In this document: positions 5,963-9,989 of the stretch, piece by piece
How positions within the stretch are numbered: the first letter of the stretch is position 1
Layout of the letters: each line of letters starts with the position of its first letter
Assembly: GCA_049414405.1 (NCBI GenBank)
Contig: JBMSAQ010000031.1
Coordinates: forward strand, 1-9,989
Source of the DNA: Candidatus Nanopusillus sp.
GTDB lineage: Archaea > Nanobdellota > Nanobdellia > Nanobdellales > Nanobdellaceae
Reading direction: 5' to 3'
Length of the DNA: 9,989 nt
Position numbers and translations under genes: made by a program
Notes under the pieces: model-generated
Database searches by the model: none
What the model was told of the DNA's origin: nothing
The model's input: only the letters and a program-made list of their open reading frames with translations

Positions 5963-6493
5963 ATGAAAATAAAATTAAAACCCGATAAATTAAAGACCCC
6001 TATCGAAAGCAAATTAAAAAAAGCTTTAGAAGAAGCTAAAGATATAAAAAGTAAGATATATTTATCAATAGCTTATTTTCAATACATAAATAAGCTTTCA
6101 ACTAATAAAGCAATTATTTTATTTAAAGAATATGTTTTATCTGATGGAAAAAAAGCATCTTATCCTTTTGGAATATATCTTCTAAAAGATAATAAAATTG
6201 TAACAAAATATATAGAAATTCCTTTAAAAATTGATGAATTTTTATTAAAATTTATGCCAGAAATTATGGTACACAAAGATTTAGTAGCTAAGGTAAACAG
6301 AAGTGTTTATCGTGAATTTATAAAAACCCATTTAAAGATAAATACCTCAGACATAACTGCTTATGTACTTTATAAAATGATTACCGACATAAATATTTAT
6401 AATTTGATATCTTTAAGAAAACATTGGTCTCTATTTAATAGAAATATAATACCTTTCCTATTAAAAAACAAAAACTATCAAAATTTAACCTAG
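5963..6493 (+). CDS. Second tyrosine-recombinase-like paralog with catalytic residues replaced (176 aa)
   Basis: It is a paralog of 4764..5303. Shared segments include IAYFQY(I/L)N, (I/V)LSDGK, EIPL, L(K/R)(R/K)HW and IP(Y/F)LLKN. Arg-I is replaced by Ser, HxxR by SxxT, and the terminal Tyr-equivalent (IPY) by Phe (IPF). TTTTATAAG is centred about 25 nt upstream of the ATG. Confidence 0.8.
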   Translation: MKIKLKPDKLKTPIESKLKKALEEAKDIKSKIYLSIAYFQYINKLSTNKAIILFKEYVLSDGKKASYPFGIYLLKDNKIVTKYIEIPLKIDEFLLKFMPEIMVHKDLVAKVNRSVYREFIKTHLKINTSDITAYVLYKMITDINIYNLISLRKHWSLFNRNIIPFLLKNKNYQNLT

Positions 6494-6500
6494 GTTAACC

Positions 6501-7058
6501 TTACTTTGAAAAATACTTACTTAATTCATTATTGAAATTTAAGAAGGCCATTCTCACTATATTTGGATTTGATCTAAATGTTATATTATTTAAGATTCCA
6601 AAGAATTTTGGGAATAATTCTGGATCTAAAATAACTTCATAGTATATTTCTGGTAAAGCAATATTTGGGTCATTATCTTTTAAATAATAAGCTAGCTGAT
6701 ATGCTATAGAAATATTTTCCTTTTTTATAGACATTGCTTTTATAAGAGGTAATTTATCCAGACCTTTCTTAAGAATATAATCTATAAATAATTTAACTTT
6801 AAGTAAAAATACAAATGCTATAAATTTATTGAAATCTTTATTCCAATCTATTCCTGAATCATCTAATATAGGCTCAATTAATTTATTTAAACCCCTTCTC
6901 ACATTAGAATCTACTTCTTTTATACTTAAAATTTTTATAAAATTTTGGCTTTCTGAAGATATTATATATGCTATATAATCTGATGCTTTTATAGAGCCTT
7001 TACCCTCTCTTATTATATATATGTCATTTGTTAATTTGTTTATTATTGTATACCCCAT
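6501..7058 (-). CDS. Hypothetical protein, MGY-paralog family member (185 aa)
   Basis: It is a paralog of 7503..8138. Shared segments are MGYTIINKL..IYIIREG versus MGYIIAKLFGNELVVFRAG, FIAFVFLLKVKL versus LFGFLLFVKLSI, ISIAYQLAYYL versus DEIAYNLTHYFL, and VRMAFLNF versus VEMAYTLF. TTTATAAA at 7082-7089 is centred about 27 nt upstream of the ATG at 7058. Confidence 0.8.
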   Translation of the reverse strand: MGYTIINKLTNDIYIIREGKGSIKASDYIAYIISSESQNFIKILSIKEVDSNVRRGLNKLIEPILDDSGIDWNKDFNKFIAFVFLLKVKLFIDYILKKGLDKLPLIKAMSIKKENISIAYQLAYYLKDNDPNIALPEIYYEVILDPELFPKFFGILNNITFRSNPNIVRMAFLNFNNELSKYFSK

Positions 7059-7080
7059 ATATTATATAATGTAAGCATAT

Positions 7081-7090
7081 ATTTATAAAC
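7081..7090 (-). promoter_or_regulatory. TATA box (ATTTATAAAC) most likely serving gene 6501..7058
   Basis: The palindromic core TTTATAAA lies at the standard leaderless distance from the ATG at 7058. The identical 10-mer recurs at 7321-7330. Confidence 0.5.
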
Positions 7091-7091
7091 C

Positions 7092-7116
7092 TGAGGGGGG
7101 GACGGGTATCCCCTCA
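7092..7116. other. GC-rich hairpin TGAGGGG / CCCCTCA (7-bp stem, 11-nt loop) within a G7 tract
   Basis: 7092-7098 is the exact reverse complement of 7110-7116. Alternatively, the G tract GAGGGGGG (7093-7100) is the exact complement of CCCCCCTC (7150-7157). Confidence 0.4.
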
Positions 7117-7137
7117 ACCCACACATTGTATGGTTTT

Positions 7138-7470
7138 TCATGACCCCCACCCCCCTCTAAAGATCAGATAGATTTGCAAATTTTTCTTTTCAAATCTATC
7201 TTTTCCGGACACGGGGGGTACCATCTCCCTAAAGCAGATAGATTTGATGAGATTTAGTTTTGATAGATAACTTTTGTATCTTTTTGGTGATAATAAAATT
7301 TTATAAAGAAAATCATTTTGATTTATAAACTTTTCGTTTCGTACCGCGTTTGTGGTGGTTACACGATCTAAAATTTGGGGGTTTCTGAAAATTGCGACCC
7401 CTCTGGTAACACAACTCAGTAGTAACTCATAACTTTTAAATCTGCAAGCATAAACATAATTGCCATACAT
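7138..7470 (-). CDS. Doubtful ORF overlapping the GC-rich island (110 aa from Met8; the maximal ORF extends to 7491)
   Basis: In favour of coding: a long open frame in AT-rich DNA, and CTTATAAAT at 7493-7501 centred about 27 nt upstream of the ATG at 7470. Against: G/C-ending and rare codons (CGT, CGA, GCG, CCC, ACC) far above the neighbours, three Cys residues, and DNA repeats read in different frames and on both strands. Confidence 0.35.
   Translation of the reverse strand: MYGNYVYACRFKSYELLLSCVTRGVAIFRNPQILDRVTTTNAVRNEKFINQNDFLYKILLSPKRYKSYLSKLNLIKSICFREMVPPVSGKDRFEKKNLQIYLIFRGGWGS
7142..7270. repeat. Iteron-like cluster: CAGATAGATTTG twice in direct orientation, an inverted 11-mer, a degenerate fourth copy, each associated with a G/C-string
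   Basis: The exact 12-mer lies at 7165-7176 and 7235-7246, 70 bp apart. Each copy is preceded by a C-rich tract plus CTAAAG. The inverted copy CAAATCTATCT lies at 7191-7201 and is followed by GGGGGG at 7213-7218. A partial copy, GATAGAT, lies at 7262-7268. Read on the appropriate strand, all three full copies have the form CAAATCTATCT-N7-11-GGG(G). Confidence 0.6.
7166..7201. repeat. 11-bp perfect inverted repeat AGATAGATTTG / CAAATCTATCT with a 14-nt T-rich spacer; extendable by outer C6:G6 pairing
   Basis: 7166-7176 is the reverse complement of 7191-7201. CCCCCC (7150-7155) can pair with GGGGGG (7213-7218), and ACCCCC (7143-7148) with GGGGGT (7214-7219). This gives an imperfect hairpin or cruciform of about 80 nt. 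Confidence 0.6.
7350..7437 (+). ncRNA. Tentative small structured RNA (nested GC hairpin); strand and ends uncertain
   Basis: ATTTATAAAC at 7321-7330 would place a plus-strand start near 7350. The inner stem is GGGGT (7378-7382) paired with ACCCC (7397-7401), with a 14-nt loop. It is nested in GTTAC (7358-7362) paired with GTAAC (7406-7410). A T4 run lies at 7433-7436. TATA-like octamers are common in this AT-rich DNA, so the promoter evidence is weak. Confidence 0.2.
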
Positions 7471-7502
7471 AATAAAAAAATTATATTTCATCCTTATAAA
7501 TA

Positions 7503-8138
7503 TTATTTAGATTTATTAATAGATTGACTAAACAATGTATATGCCATTTCTACAGCCTCTTTATTTAAGTCTTTTTTCTGTGCTAAACTTATATTTAAGC
7601 TTTCTTTAAGCTTTTTATAATAATAAGTAAACTTATCTTTATTTTTTAATTTATCTAATATATTATTGGAAAAGCTAATTTTATAGTCTAATTTATTTAA
7701 GAAATAATGGGTTAAATTATATGCAATTTCATCTTCAAAACCCACTATTAATTGAGATAATTCTGTTAAATGATTACTATACATAGATGAAATCATAGTT
7801 TTAATTGATAATTTTACAAATAAAAGAAAACCAAATAATTTATATGCTAAGTCTTCACCACCACTTGTTTTTTCAGCTATATTTTGTGTTAAAAGCTCAT
7901 GTTTTTTTATTACTGCTTTTTCTAATTTTTTAACTAATATAAGTTTTATTCCGACTTTATTTATTTCTTCAATAGATATTGGAGTTTCTTCTTCTTTAGA
8001 TTCATTCTCAAGTAATTCTAAAAAAGGTTCGTCTTTTTTATAGATATAGAAAATAATATCTGTATTAAGATCGTCTATCTCTCCAGCCCTAAATACTACT
8101 AATTCATTACCAAATAATTTAGCTATAATATACCCCAT
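7503..8138 (-). CDS. Hypothetical protein, MGY-paralog family member (211 aa)
   Basis: It is a paralog of 6501..7058 (see that entry). Its ATG overlaps the 3' end of the upstream gene by 16 nt. Confidence 0.8.
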   Translation of the reverse strand: MGYIIAKLFGNELVVFRAGEIDDLNTDIIFYIYKKDEPFLELLENESKEEETPISIEEINKVGIKLILVKKLEKAVIKKHELLTQNIAEKTSGGEDLAYKLFGFLLFVKLSIKTMISSMYSNHLTELSQLIVGFEDEIAYNLTHYFLNKLDYKISFSNNILDKLKNKDKFTYYYKKLKESLNISLAQKKDLNKEAVEMAYTLFSQSINKSK

Positions 8139-8524
8139 CCCTTAACTAAAGAATTAAATTCGTTTAGGGCTCCGTATATTTCATTCCATCTTTCTTTATT
8201 AGTTATAATATCTATTTTATTTCTTAATGAATGTGATACATACATATGCATTAATTTTATAAATCTTCTAAGTACTTCTGCTTCATTAAAGCCTTCATTA
8301 TCTAAAATATATAGTAATTTTATTCCATCTGATGTTAATACATCTCTTATAGTTTCATATATTTTGTATTCATGTACTGCTAAAATTATTTTATATATAA
8401 TTTCTCTCATATATTTTTTCCAATCATCTGTAAGAATAAGAATTATTGCCTCTGATGTTGTATTAGATTCTTCTACTAAATAAATTAATTTATATGCTTT
8501 TTCTACTATTTCTATTGGGTTCAT
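8123..8524 (-). CDS. Hypothetical helical protein (133 aa from MNPIEIV; the maximal ORF of 147 aa starts at 8566)
   Basis: The ATG at 8566 lies only about 12 nt from the nearest TATA-like box (8574-8582), which does not fit the window-wide leaderless spacing. The ATG at 8524 lies 1 nt after the stop of an upstream 44-codon ORF that has a correctly spaced TATA box. Confidence 0.7.
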   Translation of the reverse strand: MNPIEIVEKAYKLIYLVEESNTTSEAIILILTDDWKKYMREIIYKIILAVHEYKIYETIRDVLTSDGIKLLYILDNEGFNEAEVLRRFIKLMHMYVSHSLRNKIDIITNKERWNEIYGALNEFNSLVKGWGIL

Positions 8525-8525
8525 T

Positions 8526-8660
8526 TTATTTATTATCTTTTTTTGATGCTTTTGCCTTTTCTTCATGTAGATATTTTATAAACTCTGCTTTTATTTTATT
8601 ATTCTTTGTAATCGATATTATAGTTTTTATTTTTTCGGCTTTGGTTATGTTTGTGTCCAT
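8526..8660 (-). CDS. Candidate unannotated 44-aa basic ORF heading the minus-strand operon
   Basis: Hand translation gives MDTNITKAEKIKTIISITKNNKIKAEFIKYLHEEKAKASKKDNK. The palindromic TTTTAAAA at 8682-8689 is centred about 25 nt upstream of the ATG at 8660. The TAA stop lies 1 nt before the ATG at 8524. This ORF competes with the N-terminal extension of the 147-aa reading. Confidence 0.35.
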   Translation of the reverse strand: MDTNITKAEKIKTIISITKNNKIKAEFIKYLHEEKAKASKKDNK

Positions 8661-8738
8661 ATAATAAATATGTTTCTAAAGTTTTAAAAGTTTTATTTAA
8701 TGCAAAACTTTAAAAACATTTACAACATATTATATAAT

Positions 8739-8933
8739 ATGGCTACAAGAAGGTTTTGGAATGTACGTTTTTCAGATGAAGCTACTGCAGAATATATAGA
8801 AAAAGAAATACAAAAGATCGCAATAGAATTAAAAGAAAATTTAGAAGAACTCAGGGGCAAAATATATAAGGCTATAGTATATGACCTAGAAATAAAGGCT
8901 AAAGTAATAGAATATATAAAGAAAAATGGATAA
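8739..8933 (+). CDS. Small protein with a ribbon-helix-helix-like N-terminus (64 aa from MATRRFWNVRF; the maximal ORF starts at 8700)
   Basis: TTTAAAAA at 8709-8716 is centred about 26 nt upstream of the ATG at 8739. The ATG at 8700 lies only about 14 nt from the nearest TATA-like box. RRFWNVRFSDEATAEYIEKEIQKIA follows the pattern of a beta-strand followed by a helix, as in CopG/Arc-type RHH proteins. This is a fold guess only. Confidence 0.65.
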   Translation: MATRRFWNVRFSDEATAEYIEKEIQKIAIELKENLEELRGKIYKAIVYDLEIKAKVIEYIKKNG

Positions 8934-9120
8934 AGAACAAATCAATAAAATAGAAGAATATTTAGAAACACGTTTATTTGGAAAAACACACCATACAGAT
9001 AACGAATTAAAAGAGATGCAAGTAATAATATTATATTTGATATATCAAAAATTAAAGGATATAGATGATACTTTAAGCCTAATAGATGAGGCTTTAAGTA
9101 CAGCCGAATTAAAAAGATAA
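8926..9120 (+). CDS. Hypothetical small helical protein (64 aa)
   Basis: The ATG overlaps the upstream stop (ATGGATAA). The protein is acidic and helical. Confidence 0.65.
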   Translation: MDKEQINKIEEYLETRLFGKTHHTDNELKEMQVIILYLIYQKLKDIDDTLSLIDEALSTAELKR

Positions 9121-9122
9121 AG

Positions 9123-9899
9123 ATGGCAGTAACAAGAAAAGATATATTAAATGATTTAGAATTAATTAAAAAAGGATTGCAGGAAATAGAATTTTACTTA
9201 AGGAATAATGTCACTGATGATAATGAAATTATTGAAAAGGGAATTAATGGTGTTATAGATTACATGAAAAAGATATTAAAAGAAATAGTAAATACACGTG
9301 CAGTAAGCTATTCTCAAATATTAGAAGATGCAAAAAAGAGAGGTTTAGAAAAGGAATTTAGAGCAGCATATAGTTTATTAAGGCAAACAAACTTTATAAA
9401 CTATGATAAACAAAATAAGTTAATAATCATTGGTAATAGAACAAAATATCTACTGAAATTATTTACGGATTCAAAATCAATAAAAAGCCAAAAAGAAAAA
9501 CAAGAAAAACCTGAAGCATTAGATCAAAAAAAGATAGATGAAATATATAAATGGGTTTTAGATCAAATTGATAAACATAACTGGATAGACATTAAAATAA
9601 TAAATACAGAATTTGAAGGATATCAAAAAGAAATTATAGAAGCTATTAATAAGATAATTGCTGAAGGTAAAGGTAAACTAGTAGATGGAAAATATTTATA
9701 TAAAGCTGATGGCGAAAAACCAGTAAAAAGTATAGATACATCTAAAGTTAAAAGAATAAAAGAATTAAAAGATCAAATAGAAACTTTAGAAAGAAAAATT
9801 CGAGTGGGTAAATCTATAGAATTATCAAAAGAAGAATTACAAAAATTAGAAGAAGAAAAGAAAAAGCTTAAAGAAGAATTAAAGAAATTAGAAAAGTGA
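9123..9899 (+). CDS. Hypothetical protein with wHTH-like segments and a K/E-rich coiled-coil C-terminus (258 aa)
   Basis: The ATG lies 2 nt after the upstream stop. The segments VSYSQILEDAKKRGLEKEFRAAYSLLRQTNFINY and IYKWVLDQIDKHNWIDIKIINTEF...IIEAINKIIAEGKGKLVDGKYLYK look like winged-helix units. The last 60 aa or so are heptad-like (KELKDQIETLERKI...LEEEKKKLKEELKKLEK). Confidence 0.8.
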   Translation: MAVTRKDILNDLELIKKGLQEIEFYLRNNVTDDNEIIEKGINGVIDYMKKILKEIVNTRAVSYSQILEDAKKRGLEKEFRAAYSLLRQTNFINYDKQNKLIIIGNRTKYLLKLFTDSKSIKSQKEKQEKPEALDQKKIDEIYKWVLDQIDKHNWIDIKIINTEFEGYQKEIIEAINKIIAEGKGKLVDGKYLYKADGEKPVKSIDTSKVKRIKELKDQIETLERKIRVGKSIELSKEELQKLEEEKKKLKEELKKLEK

Positions 9900-9989
9900 A
9901 TAAAGAATTATCCCATAGAGAAAGTTTAGGATTGGCTACAGCAGCTTTTTTACTTACAGGGTTTATTATGGTAATATTATATCTATTAA
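9896..9989 (+). CDS. Partial small membrane protein (N-terminal part; runs off the window end)
   Basis: A GTG start overlaps the upstream stop (GTGA). The translation (V/M)NKELSHRESLGLATAAFLLTGFIMVILYLL... has a polar head followed by a TM helix. The frame is open to the window edge. Confidence 0.4.
   Translation, partial: MNKELSHRESLGLATAAFLLTGFIMVILYLL

Larger units (their letters stand above)
1275..7146. mobile_element. Candidate integrated element bounded by the shared motif and carrying the tyrosine recombinase (speculative boundaries)
   Basis: Direct copies of GGTTTTT(T)CATGACC lie at 1275-1289 and 7132-7145. A recombinase gene sits near the left copy. All enclosed genes are ORFans of the type found in archaeal viruses and plasmids. 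No flanking tRNA or empty site is available to confirm the boundaries. Confidence 0.25.

Noticed and set aside
7141-7280. Mini CRISPR array (repeat seen twice with a 70-bp period)
   Set aside because: There are only two direct copies of a unit of 12 nt (at most about 25 nt). The so-called spacer itself contains an inverted copy of the repeat. No cas genes or leader are present in the window.
7244-7388. Box C/D sRNA (TTGATGA at 7244-7250 as the C box, CTGA at 7385-7388 as the D box)
   Set aside because: The two boxes are about 135 nt apart, against the roughly 50-70 nt expected for archaeal C/D sRNAs. There are no convincing C' or D' boxes and no terminal stem. The C box has U rather than a purine at position 1.
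7357-7413. H/ACA guide RNA or K-turn/K-loop hairpin (stem, pocket, GA dinucleotides and ACA at 7411-7413)
   Set aside because: The lower stem is only 5 bp. The distance from the upper stem to ACA is about 8 nt, not about 14-15. A K-loop reading would need a 5-nt bulge rather than 3 nt before the GA.
7091-7440. tRNA, split-tRNA half, SRP RNA, RNase P RNA or hammerhead ribozyme
   Set aside because: Neither strand shows a cloverleaf, a GTTCRAATC-type T-loop or a D-arm. No SRP or RNase P signature helices were seen. The UGAUGAG segment lacks the conserved C of the hammerhead CUGANGA core and the partner GAAA context.
6501-8138. MGY-family proteins as truncated Nop5/Nop56-like proteins, which would have linked them to a C/D-type RNA in the island
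   Set aside because: The resemblance is limited to a generic N-terminal pattern of a beta-strand followed by Gly. The diagnostic Nop domain (the AEKALFRH and PKHG region) is absent. The idea cannot be supported without a profile search.

Overview
The window is very AT-rich, roughly three-quarters A+T by eye (not computed), and densely packed with short genes. Gene organisation looks archaeal. Every first-in-operon ATG has a TTTATAAA- or TTTTAAA-type TATA box centred about 23-29 nt upstream, implying leaderless mRNAs. There are no Shine-Dalgarno motifs, and genes within operons are joined by 1-4 nt gaps or by ATGA, GTGA or ATGGATAA overlaps. The K/I/E/Y/N-rich proteins fit a low-GC, probably thermophilic archaeon or its virus, plasmid or integrated element; this is inference only.

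Only two products are recognisable. ORF 2020-2598 is a compact tyrosine recombinase consisting of the catalytic domain only. ORF 5300-5854 is a wHTH protein with a C-terminal UPF0175-type HTH. Everything else is hypothetical.

The notable content is as follows:
- Two paralogs of the recombinase (4764-5303 and 5963-6493) have all alignable catalytic residues replaced. They sit in tandemly duplicated modules.
- A second paralog family (6501-7058, 7503-8138, and possibly 1386-2018) lies next to recombinase-family genes.
- A GC-rich island at about 7091-7415 lies between two of those paralogs. It carries G/C-strings, an exact 12-mer repeated 70 bp apart, an 11-bp inverted copy and nested hairpins. 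It is overlapped by a compositionally odd ORF.
- A GC-containing motif occurs at about 1275 and about 7132 and could mark the ends of an integrated element of about 5.9 kb.
- Operator-like palindromes lie in two divergent promoter regions.
- Small membrane-protein genes sit at both window edges, including ORFs missing from the supplied track.

No rRNA, tRNA or CRISPR array was found. All homology statements come from reading motifs by eye and need profile searches.
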